Assembly (NCBI GenBank): GCA_016839705.1
Contig: JAEOTR010000014.1
Location: 1-64,000, forward strand
Source of the DNA: Promethearchaeota archaeon
GTDB taxonomy: Archaea; Asgardarchaeota; Lokiarchaeia; Sigyniarchaeales; SOKP01
Direction: 5' to 3'
DNA: 64,000 nt
Position 1 is the first letter of the stretch. Every line of letters begins with the position of its first letter. Below, piece by piece: positions 1-9,322 of this stretch. Under the pieces are notes generated by a model. The model saw only the letters and a list, made by a program, of their open reading frames with translations, did no database searches and was not told the origin of the DNA. The translations under genes and the position numbers were made by a program.

Positions 1-2
1 GG

Positions 3-1067
3 ACATTAGAGTCTAACCTATTTATTGAAGGAACATTAGAGGACCTAATGAGTCGTCCGTATGATTTTTTTAGTCTTTCAGAAAAGATCTATGCTCATGG
101 TCGGGATCCCAATTTCCCCGGTTGGACCGATACGATTCAAATCAACGCTTTTTCAGCAGAAGCGAGGCAAAAGACGATTAAAACTTTATTAAGCATGTCG
201 GAATTGTGTGATGGGGTTCGTTGTGATATGGTGATGTTAATGACAAATAGAATTTTTAGAAAAACTTGGGGAGAAAAAGCAGGAAAAGTACCTGAAAAAG
301 AATTTTGGGAGGAAATCATTACTGCTGTTAAGAATAAATTTCCAGATTTTTTATTTATCGCTGAAGTTTATTGGGGTATGGAATGGGAGCTACAACAGCA
401 AGGTTTTGATTTTTGCTATGATAAACGATTGTATGAAAGGTTAACTCATGAAAATGTAAGTTTTATTGAGGAACATCTCATGGCAGATTTAGGATATCAA
501 AATAAACTCATTCGGTTTATTGAAAATCATGATGAGTTAAGAGCAATGGAAAAATACGGGGAAGAAAAATCGAGAGCAGCCGCACTTATCGTATTAACCA
601 TTCCAGGAGCACGATTAGTTCATGAAGGTCAGATGAAAGGTTTTAAAATAAAATTACCCGTTCAATTAGGGAGACGTCAAACTGAAGAAATTAATCAGGA
701 TCTCCTTGAATTTTATCAGAATTTATTGAGTGTAATCCCTGGAAAAGAATTTTCAAATGCTAAATGGTCTCTATGTAGTATAAATCCCGTCGATTCTATA
801 GATTCTTCATTCAAAAACATAATTTCCTACTATTGGTGGATAGATGGTAATTATCTATTGATTATTGTAAATTTTAGTCCTAATTTCTCAAAAGCCCATA
901 TAAAAATTGATACCTTAGACTTTGGTACAGAAAATTGGAAATTCAAAGATTTGCTTAACAGAAATGAATTTCAATATGAAGGAAAAAACTTAGATGAATA
1001 TGGACTTTATATAGAATTGGAAGCATGGAAAGGTCATATTTTTAATATACAAAAAATATATAATTAA
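3..1067 (+). CDS. Alpha-amylase family (GH13) glycoside hydrolase, 5'-truncated by window edge
   Basis: Frame open from base 3. GH13 catalytic regions DGVRCDM, FIAEVYW, FIENHDE and a C-terminal beta domain. Confidence 0.85.
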   Translation, partial: TLESNLFIEGTLEDLMSRPYDFFSLSEKIYAHGRDPNFPGWTDTIQINAFSAEARQKTIKTLLSMSELCDGVRCDMVMLMTNRIFRKTWGEKAGKVPEKEFWEEIITAVKNKFPDFLFIAEVYWGMEWELQQQGFDFCYDKRLYERLTHENVSFIEEHLMADLGYQNKLIRFIENHDELRAMEKYGEEKSRAAALIVLTIPGARLVHEGQMKGFKIKLPVQLGRRQTEEINQDLLEFYQNLLSVIPGKEFSNAKWSLCSINPVDSIDSSFKNIISYYWWIDGNYLLIIVNFSPNFSKAHIKIDTLDFGTENWKFKDLLNRNEFQYEGKNLDEYGLYIELEAWKGHIFNIQKIYN

Positions 1068-1103
1068 ATAGGTTTAATTAACGATTAGATTGTGTACATT
1101 ATT

Positions 1104-1805
1104 ATGGATCTACTTACTCTGATTAAAATAATTGCTGCAAGCGTTTCAGTTATTATCGCTTTAGTTGCGGGATTTATTGAATTGCGTTTAAATCCAGAAA
1201 GTTGGTTAAACAGATGGTTTGCGTTATTTTTTATTACAACTGCGACGGCATTTTCCCTTTATACGCTTTATCATTCATTACCCTTAGGTAACTTTATCCA
1301 AGATCAACTAACAATCATTCCCATAATGATAGTGGCTCAGCTTTTTTTCAATTTAATACCCTTATGTTTATTAATGACCGTATTTGTTTTAGAAAAATAT
1401 CAAAAAATAGCGATGAACATTGCTCATCTTGGAACAATAGCAATTTTGTTCGTAATAATGAGCATAGGTTATGTTATACCTACGCTAACACCACACTTAG
1501 ATGAAGAAGCTCACGCTATAGGACAGATTAACACGAAGACACCATCTCCATTGTTATATTTTGTAAATATTGCAAGGATTGTGTTAGCTCTTTATGTTGT
1601 AATTAAGTATGCTATGGTTTCTAGAAAAGTCGAAGGAGAAACTAAAAAAAGAGTTCAATGGTTTTTTGGAGGAGTACTGATAATTATCATAGGACTTCTT
1701 TTCAATCTACTTGGAGGTACTCTTCATGTAGCTTTAATTGAAATAATAGCGTTAATTTTATTGGATTTCGGATTTTTCGCAATAGTCAAAGGTTTTTTGA
1801 TATGA
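1104..1805 (+). CDS. Stand-alone 7TM membrane protein (HisKA_7TM sensor-like)
   Basis: Seven hydrophobic segments, LNRWFALFF after TM1, no cytoplasmic output domain. ATG 1104 preferred over GTG 1092. Confidence 0.55.
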   Translation: MDLLTLIKIIAASVSVIIALVAGFIELRLNPESWLNRWFALFFITTATAFSLYTLYHSLPLGNFIQDQLTIIPIMIVAQLFFNLIPLCLLMTVFVLEKYQKIAMNIAHLGTIAILFVIMSIGYVIPTLTPHLDEEAHAIGQINTKTPSPLLYFVNIARIVLALYVVIKYAMVSRKVEGETKKRVQWFFGGVLIIIIGLLFNLLGGTLHVALIEIIALILLDFGFFAIVKGFLI

Positions 1806-1902
1806 TACAAGTCTGTTTCGATTTCTTAATTCAATGTAATTGAGTAACAAATTCTTTCACTTCTTAAGTAGTTTTTAATATAACGATCAACTAATATCTA
1901 AT

Positions 1903-3189
1903 ATGAAAGCGGTTATATTAGCTGCTGGAAAGGGAAAAAGGTTAATACCAATAACTTCTTCTCGTCCTAAACCTATGATCCCTCTCGCTGGTATGCCACT
2001 TTTGGAACATACAATATTAGGATTGAAAGATGCTGGAATAGATGAAATTTTATTAATAGTGGGATATAAGGAAGAAATTTTTAAAGATTATTTCGGTGAT
2101 GGGAGAAATAAATTTAATATGAAAATTGAGTATGTTACTCAAGAAGAGCAATTAGGAACAGGACATGCCGTTCGCTATGCTAAAGATTTCGTTAAAACTG
2201 AGCCTTTTATGTTGATGTATGGTGATTTACTAACAGAACCTAATGTGTTTAAGGAAATCATAACGATTTTTAAAAAATCTAAAGCCCAGGGGGTAATCGC
2301 TCTATTTAAAGTTAAAAATCCTCAAGATTATGGAGTAATTTCTCTTAATCCAGACGGATTTGTAGAAAATATTACAGAAAAACCTGCTCTAGAATTAAAT
2401 TTAGGTAATTTGATAAATGCAGGGATTTTTATTTTCGAACCCTTAATATTTGAAGCAATTGAAAAAACTGAAAAGTCAGTTAGGGGTGAATATGAGTTTA
2501 CAGATTCAATGTTAATTCTAATAAACCAATTTAAAAAAAAAATTGTGGGTTTTAAAATAAATGATTATTTCTGGAATGATATAGGATTACCTTGGCAATT
2601 TTTAGATGCTAATAATTATCTGTTAGATAAAATTGAAAAGAAAATATTAGGTAAAATTGAAGAAAATGTTCAAATCTCAGGGGATGTATTTATTGGGGAA
2701 GGTACAATGGTCAGATCTGGCTCTTTTATTCAAGGTCCTTGTTATATCGGAAATAATAATATTATAGGCCCAAATTCACTTATTGGGGCATATACCTTCA
2801 TAGCTAATGATTGTCAAGTTGGCATGGGTGAAGTTTCAAATTCTATTATTTTATCGAATACTGCAATTCCAGACTTTAATTATATTAGAGATACAATTAT
2901 TTGCGAAAACGTAAATCTGGGTGAAGAAGCTAAATTTGCTAATTTAAGATTAGATAAGAAGGATATTAAGGCGAATGTAAAAGGGCAATTAATTGATTCA
3001 AGAAGAAAAAATTTAGGTGCTATTATCGGCCCAAATGTTAAAACTGGAATAAACGTAAGTATAATGACAGGTAAAATCATTCATGAAAATTCACGAATCG
3101 GAGCACATACTATAGTAAGTGAGGATATCCCCCCAAATACTCTTTATTACCATGATCCAAATAAAGGGATCATTAAGAAAAGTTTATAG
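1903..3189 (+). CDS. glmU: Archaeal bifunctional GlmU-type sugar-1-phosphate nucleotidyltransferase with LbH domain (acetyltransferase motif degenerate)
   Basis: ILAAGKGKRL..T..RPKPM, EKP and RGEYE motifs, hexapeptide repeats, ANLRLD and KLGA-like C-terminus. Confidence 0.85.
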   Translation: MKAVILAAGKGKRLIPITSSRPKPMIPLAGMPLLEHTILGLKDAGIDEILLIVGYKEEIFKDYFGDGRNKFNMKIEYVTQEEQLGTGHAVRYAKDFVKTEPFMLMYGDLLTEPNVFKEIITIFKKSKAQGVIALFKVKNPQDYGVISLNPDGFVENITEKPALELNLGNLINAGIFIFEPLIFEAIEKTEKSVRGEYEFTDSMLILINQFKKKIVGFKINDYFWNDIGLPWQFLDANNYLLDKIEKKILGKIEENVQISGDVFIGEGTMVRSGSFIQGPCYIGNNNIIGPNSLIGAYTFIANDCQVGMGEVSNSIILSNTAIPDFNYIRDTIICENVNLGEEAKFANLRLDKKDIKANVKGQLIDSRRKNLGAIIGPNVKTGINVSIMTGKIIHENSRIGAHTIVSEDIPPNTLYYHDPNKGIIKKSL

Positions 3190-3295
3190 AAAAGCTTAAA
3201 TCCGGATGAAACACGAAAAAAAGTTTTATTAGTTGTTAGAAATTATTTTTACTAAAGAAAATAAGAAATATGTAGCAGAAAGGAAATGTAATAAT

Positions 3296-4537
3296 ATGGT
3301 AGATCATGAAAAGTCTTTAATTGATGCTTTAATTGAAAAAGGGGTCAAATTACCGAATCCTTCTTCAGTTGAGATCGGTGAGGAAGTTGATAATAATCTG
3401 ATATCATCTGAAGATGTTACGATACATACAGGTTGTAAGATATTTGGCAAAAAAACACTTATTATGCCAGGAGTTAAATTAGGCAGTAGATCTCCGGTTA
3501 CTATTAAAGACTGTCAATTAGGGAGGAATGTTGATTTAAAGGGAGGGTATTTTGAAGGTTCGACGTTTCTGGATTCTGTCAATATGGGAGATGGTGCTGA
3601 AGTCCGGGAAGGATGTCTCCTGGAGGAGGAGGCTAATGTTGCTCATACAGTTGGTCTTAAACAAACAATTCTTTTCCCTTTTGTTACATTAGGGAGCATT
3701 GTTAATTTTTGCGACATTTTAATGGCCGGCGGGACGAGTAGAACGAATCATAGTGAGGTAGGTAGTTCATATATTCATTTTAATTATACTCCTTATCAGG
3801 ATAAAGCAACAGCATCTTTAATTGGAGATGTAGCATATGGTGTAATGCTTAATCAACCGCCTATCTTTTTAGGCGGTCAAGGCGGATTGGTAGGGCCAAG
3901 CCAGATAGGATATAATACCGTAATTGCCGCAGGAGTGATATATCGTGGAGATTTCCCTCAAGGTCATAAAATATTAATGGGTAAAGCACTTCAATCTGAT
4001 GATATTGATTTCTATCCTGGGCTATATAGGAGTGTTAGAAGAAGAGTTATCAATTGTATTGAATACATAGCGAATATAATAGCCCTTAAGCAATGGTATA
4101 AAGTTGTACGTTTTAATTTTTATCAGGGAAGTAATATGGAAAAATTGCTTTATGAAGGTGCGGTTGAAAAAATAGATATCATTTTCAATGAGAGAATTAA
4201 AAGATTCAAACAACTCGCTCACAAAATGGAAAAATCTGTAGATTTATATAAATCAATTAAGGGCAAAAAAGCATCAGAAGAGTTGATAAATCAAAAAAGT
4301 GAACTATTTGAGAATATACAAAAAATAGAGAAGGAATTTAATGATTGTCTATCTTATTCTGGTGATGAGAAAAAGAGAGATGAATTTTTAAGAAATATAG
4401 ACGTCACAGGCAAGGATTACGTCAGTGTAATAAAAAATTTGAATGAGGATGTTAAAAAAACTGGAACTTCGTGGCTTATTGGTATAGTTGAAAATGCAAG
4501 AAATAGTGTATTGAAATATCTTCCATCATTTGTTTAA
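3296..4537 (+). CDS. LbH-fold GlmU-like protein lacking a nucleotidyltransferase domain (putative sugar-phosphate acetyltransferase)
   Basis: Hexapeptide repeats from GVKLPNPSSVEIG, no GxGxR motif, helical C-terminus. ATG 3296 preferred over TTG 3233. Confidence 0.6.
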   Translation: MVDHEKSLIDALIEKGVKLPNPSSVEIGEEVDNNLISSEDVTIHTGCKIFGKKTLIMPGVKLGSRSPVTIKDCQLGRNVDLKGGYFEGSTFLDSVNMGDGAEVREGCLLEEEANVAHTVGLKQTILFPFVTLGSIVNFCDILMAGGTSRTNHSEVGSSYIHFNYTPYQDKATASLIGDVAYGVMLNQPPIFLGGQGGLVGPSQIGYNTVIAAGVIYRGDFPQGHKILMGKALQSDDIDFYPGLYRSVRRRVINCIEYIANIIALKQWYKVVRFNFYQGSNMEKLLYEGAVEKIDIIFNERIKRFKQLAHKMEKSVDLYKSIKGKKASEELINQKSELFENIQKIEKEFNDCLSYSGDEKKRDEFLRNIDVTGKDYVSVIKNLNEDVKKTGTSWLIGIVENARNSVLKYLPSFV

Positions 4538-4570
4538 AAATTTCTTTTTTATTTAATCATTTTAAGGTAA

Positions 4571-6421
4571 TTAATGAACTGTCACCGTTTTAGATAGATT
4601 AAGTGGCTTATCTGGGTCTAATCCATGAAGTAAAGAAGCATAATATGCTAACAATTGCAAAGCAGGAATAAAGGTTATTGGGCTGAAGATATTGTGATAT
4701 TTATCTCCCGGCTGAGGTATTTTAATAGTTAAGTCACTTAATTCAGCTATAACATTATCACTTTCGACTACAAGAGAAATAATTTTGCCTCCTCTTGCCT
4801 TAAATTCCATAACATTTCCAATCAGTCGTTGATAAGTCTCATCTGGTGGTGCGATAAATATAATAGGGAATCCCGCCCTAACAAGAGAAATGGGTCCATG
4901 TTTAGCATGTGCTGCGGAATACCCTTCAATAAAACGGCAAGCTACTTCTTTTAATTTTAATCCTCCTTCTTTAGCAGTGGCGATGGATATTCCCCGAGCT
5001 AAAAAGAAAAATTGTGCGCTTTTATCTAAAGTGTCTACAATCCCTTTTATCAGATCGATATTATTTTTTAAGAAATTTTCTATTATTTGAGGAGTCGATC
5101 TTAAAGCTCTTTCATACTTTACAATATCTGACTCTAATTCAACTTTCCTTAATTTTGCGATTTCCAGTGCTACCAAAGCTAATGTAAGTACTTGAGTACT
5201 GTAAGTTTTAGTTGCTGCTACACCAATCTCAGGTCCTGCTTGAGTTACTATTACGTTATCAGAATATCTGGTAAGTGTAGAACCTACTACATTTGTAATC
5301 GTTAATATTTTTACATCCTTATAACTTCTAGCCCATCTAATAGCTTCTACTGTATCTATTGTCTCACCAGATTGAGAAACAGCAATTATTACAGAATCCT
5401 TTTTTAATGAATTAGTCAATTGAGTTTGGAATTCAGAACATTCTATTGCTTGAATATATTTGCCTAAAAATTTGGTAAGTATAAATTTTCCCGCTAATGA
5501 AGCATAAAAAGATGTACCTGCTGCGGTTATATAGATATTTTCCGCTGACCATAAAATATTGGCAAAGATTTTTAGTTGCTCTTTAGAGATTTTTAGAGTC
5601 CTCCTTATCGCTGTAGGTTCTTCATAAATTTCCTTTAACATAAAATGTTCATATCCCCCTTTTTCTGCTGCATCAATACTCCATTCTATGGTTCTTAATT
5701 CTTTCTTAACTTTTTCATTAGTAAGAAGGTTAATAAACTCAACTTCTCCGGCTTTTAAAATAGCAAGTTCATCATCATCCATAATATAACATTTTTTTGT
5801 TAACGGTAAAAAAGCGGGGATATCTGATGCGCAATATGTCGTTTTCCCTTCATCGATCCCAATTACTAAAGGAGATTCTTTTCTCGCAACAATAATTGAG
5901 TTTGGATTATCCACTTGACAAACTGCTAACCCATATGCCCCTTTTAACAATTTCAAACTTTCAATTACTGAATCTTTGAAATTTAATCCCTTTTTCATCT
6001 GGCTTTCAATTAAGTGTGGAATAACTTCTGTATCTGTTTCCGATCTAAAAATATGACCATTTTGAGTAAGTTCTTTTCTTAATTCTAGGAAGTTCTCAAT
6101 TATCCCATTATGTACAACCGCAATTTTATTATGACAATCGAGATGCGGATGACTATTGATTTTAGTTGGGGCTCCATGAGTCGCCCACCTTGTATGAGCA
6201 AGAGCAAGCTTAGAGTTATTTGGAATTTCTGCTAAATTAATTTTTCGTTGGATTTCATCGATTTTTCCGGAATCTTTTTTTAAATACAATTTAGAATTAG
6301 ATAATGAAACTATTCCACATGAATCATATCCTCGATATTCTAAACGTTTAATTCCTTCAAAAACAATATTTCCTACCGAGATAGTATCTTGATTAGTTAT
6401 TATTCCAAATATACCACACAT
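4571..6421 (-). CDS. glmS: Glutamine-fructose-6-phosphate aminotransferase
   Basis: MCGIFG, LEYRGYDS, HTRWATHG, SQSGET, KHGP, PDKPLNLSKTVTV. Confidence 0.97.
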   Translation of the reverse strand: MCGIFGIITNQDTISVGNIVFEGIKRLEYRGYDSCGIVSLSNSKLYLKKDSGKIDEIQRKINLAEIPNNSKLALAHTRWATHGAPTKINSHPHLDCHNKIAVVHNGIIENFLELRKELTQNGHIFRSETDTEVIPHLIESQMKKGLNFKDSVIESLKLLKGAYGLAVCQVDNPNSIIVARKESPLVIGIDEGKTTYCASDIPAFLPLTKKCYIMDDDELAILKAGEVEFINLLTNEKVKKELRTIEWSIDAAEKGGYEHFMLKEIYEEPTAIRRTLKISKEQLKIFANILWSAENIYITAAGTSFYASLAGKFILTKFLGKYIQAIECSEFQTQLTNSLKKDSVIIAVSQSGETIDTVEAIRWARSYKDVKILTITNVVGSTLTRYSDNVIVTQAGPEIGVAATKTYSTQVLTLALVALEIAKLRKVELESDIVKYERALRSTPQIIENFLKNNIDLIKGIVDTLDKSAQFFFLARGISIATAKEGGLKLKEVACRFIEGYSAAHAKHGPISLVRAGFPIIFIAPPDETYQRLIGNVMEFKARGGKIISLVVESDNVIAELSDLTIKIPQPGDKYHNIFSPITFIPALQLLAYYASLLHGLDPDKPLNLSKTVTVH

Positions 6422-6602
6422 TTATGAAGAGAAAGAAAGAATGATATTTTAATATTTTATTTATTATTTGTTAGTCCAGAATATTGTTGATTTGAAGAAC
6501 AGTTAATTTTTCTTCAACTGTATTGAAGATTATTTATAATTAGATTAATTTTTATATTGAAGTAATAATTTTTAATGTTAAATTTGAAACTGGTAAAAAA
6601 GT

Positions 6603-7559
6603 ATGACGATTAGTGTTATTATCACAAAAGATTTTGATCACATGAGTGAAGTAGCAGCTGAAATAGTGAAAGATGTTATTATACAAACATTAGGAGAAAA
6701 AAAAGAATTCATTTTTGGGCTAGCTACAGGGAATTCACCTACCGGTATGTATAAACAATTAGCTCGGATGGCTAATTCTGGTGAATTTGACAGCACTCGG
6801 ATTCGCAGTTTTAACCTTGATGAATATGTTGGGCTCCCCGGTGAAAATCCTCAACAACGAATGTTACATCCTGAGAGTTATTGTTATTTTATGATACAAA
6901 AATTTTTTGGTCTTCTTGATAAGAAATTCATAGAAACTTCAGTTCCTTATGGTTGTTTGATTGATCAAAAACAATTAGTGAATGAACTTGATGCGCATCC
7001 AGAAGATTGGAGTGAATTAGGTACAGATGCAGGTAAATCAATATCTATTAAAGAAAGTCCCGCTTCAGACTATTTAAAGTGGATTCAAAAAACAATATTA
7101 AAGGGCTTTGCTCAAAAAATTGAAGATGTGGGGGGTATTGATTTACATATAATAGGCGTTGGAGGCCGTGGTCATGTCGCTTTCCATGAGTCAGGAATCC
7201 CCTTTGAAGGGAGTGACGTTTTATTAGTAAAACTTGATGACAACACTGTAGAAAATGCCGTAACAGATGGTCATTTCGCTTCCAAAGATGATTCCCCTAG
7301 GTATGCAATAAGTATGGGAGCGGAATTAGTATATAAAGCAAAGGCAGTTTTATTGTTAGCTAATGGAGAGCGAAAAGTTGAATCAGTCACCAAATCGTTA
7401 TTAGATGATCCAACTCCGGAAATCCCCATTTCTTATGGACAAATTTATTCAAAAAATGGAGGTAACTTAACTTATGTATTGGATAAAATTGCCGGTCGAG
7501 AACTCCTTGCTAATAAGGAAGAACTCCAAAAAAAAGGAATAGAAATTAAGGAAGTATAA
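6603..7559 (+). CDS. nagB: Glucosamine-6-phosphate deaminase family protein (long form)
   Basis: GLATGNSP, FNLDEYVGL, GVGGRGHVAFHE, AISMG, plus an internal insertion. Confidence 0.8.
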   Translation: MTISVIITKDFDHMSEVAAEIVKDVIIQTLGEKKEFIFGLATGNSPTGMYKQLARMANSGEFDSTRIRSFNLDEYVGLPGENPQQRMLHPESYCYFMIQKFFGLLDKKFIETSVPYGCLIDQKQLVNELDAHPEDWSELGTDAGKSISIKESPASDYLKWIQKTILKGFAQKIEDVGGIDLHIIGVGGRGHVAFHESGIPFEGSDVLLVKLDDNTVENAVTDGHFASKDDSPRYAISMGAELVYKAKAVLLLANGERKVESVTKSLLDDPTPEIPISYGQIYSKNGGNLTYVLDKIAGRELLANKEELQKKGIEIKEV

Positions 7560-7594
7560 AATTCTTTATTTTTTATTTTTAAAATTATAGAAAA

Positions 7595-9022
7595 TTAAAT
7601 TAAATTAAGTTTCTCCATTTTTTCCTTTGCAAGATCATTTACTATTTGTGAAGATTTTAGATCAACACTTGATTCACCAGTAAGTCTCAAATAAGGACTC
7701 GTTCCTGAGCGCCTAATTAGAATCCAGCCGTCATTGAAATCAAGTCTAACCCCATCCATTTTGTTAATATTTGTTATTTTCTTTCCTAAGGAATCTAAAG
7801 TCTCTTTCATTTCTTCAATGATTTCTTTATTTATATCCTCTGTAAATGGAATATCTTTTTTCAATCGAAACTTAGTTTCGAAAAATGGGTATTCTGGAAT
7901 ATCTTTCAACAATTCCCTTAACGGTTTACCCTCCTCAACAATCATTCTTAAGATTTTAGCAATAGTGACTATCGAATCAGGACCAAGATGAGTACTAGGC
8001 CATATATATGTACCTGATGTTTCTCCACCTACAAAACCACCATGCTCCTTTATAGCAATAGCTACTTTAATATCTCCAACTTCAGTTCTCACTACTTCGC
8101 ACCCAAGAGGATTTAGAACATCTTCTATTAAGCTTGATGAGTTAATTGCCGTAACAACTTTCATATTTTTTTCAGAAATTTTAGTTCCTTTATACTTTTC
8201 TAAGTAATTTCTAGCCATAAGAGTTAAAAGGCGGATGGGATCTACGATTTCTCCATTTTCGTCTAAGAATATTACCCTATCTGCATCACCATCAAGAGCA
8301 ATGCCAATACTCTCTTTATCTGAACTTTTAAGAAATTTTGATAATTGAATTAAATTCTCCTTATTCGGTTCAGAGTTTCTACCCGGGAATTTTCCGTCCA
8401 TTTGGGCATTGATAGTTATAATTTTAACGTTATAAGCGCTTAATAATCGTGGAACAATTTCACAACTCGCACCATTTCCAGGATCTACAATAACGTTTAA
8501 ACTACTTCCATCAAATTGGACTCTGTTTATTATATCTGAGATATGGATCTCATTGATATCATTTTCATATGTTATTCTACCAATTTCATCCCATTGAATT
8601 TCTATAAACGCTTTTTCATTGTATATTCTTTCAATTTCCGCCTCCTGATCAGGGGTATATCCCATGCCTGAAGGGTTCCAGATTTTTAGGCCAATATATT
8701 CAGGTGTATTATGGCTGGCAGTTATCATAACTCCCGCTACTGCCTTTAAATATTTAAGAGACATAGCTAATGTTGGAGTAGGTACAATCCCCACAGATTT
8801 TACAGAGCATCCTGTACTTACGATCCCCGAAATTAATGCATATTCTATTGGTAAAGCAGAAGTTCTAATATCTTTCCCGATAACAACGATACCCTCCCCA
8901 TTTAGATAAGTCCCTAAAGCAAGACCAACATCTAAAGCCATCTGAGGAGTAAACATAACATCTGATTCACTATAATTTTGAAATACTCTTCGAATTCCAG
9001 AAGTACCAAACATCGCGGTCAT
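7595..9022 (-). CDS. glmM: Phosphoglucosamine mutase / phosphohexomutase
   Basis: FGTSGIR, ITASHN, DGDADR, GGETSG, RRSGT motifs; glm cluster context. Confidence 0.85.
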   Translation of the reverse strand: MTAMFGTSGIRRVFQNYSESDVMFTPQMALDVGLALGTYLNGEGIVVIGKDIRTSALPIEYALISGIVSTGCSVKSVGIVPTPTLAMSLKYLKAVAGVMITASHNTPEYIGLKIWNPSGMGYTPDQEAEIERIYNEKAFIEIQWDEIGRITYENDINEIHISDIINRVQFDGSSLNVIVDPGNGASCEIVPRLLSAYNVKIITINAQMDGKFPGRNSEPNKENLIQLSKFLKSSDKESIGIALDGDADRVIFLDENGEIVDPIRLLTLMARNYLEKYKGTKISEKNMKVVTAINSSSLIEDVLNPLGCEVVRTEVGDIKVAIAIKEHGGFVGGETSGTYIWPSTHLGPDSIVTIAKILRMIVEEGKPLRELLKDIPEYPFFETKFRLKKDIPFTEDINKEIIEEMKETLDSLGKKITNINKMDGVRLDFNDGWILIRRSGTSPYLRLTGESSVDLKSSQIVNDLAKEKMEKLNLI

Positions 9023-9322
9023 TTATTTCTCACTTTTGATAAAAAATTTTTTTTATTAAAAAACAATCATTATTTTATTAAAATTTATTGATGTTATTTT
9101 TAATACTTTATTTAATTGAAAATTGAATTCAGAGAGGTAGATTTTGCAAATCGTTTTCTGAAATTCTTCAATATTTTCATATTTGTGGATGTTAAACATT
9201 GTTATAAGTAGTTTGTGTTTACAAAAAGAAGCATTATCTTTTGAAAAGAAAAAGTATTAATTTTTTTACATGATACTATTAGTTAGAAAATATAGAATTT
9301 CTAAAAGAGATGGTCTCATATA

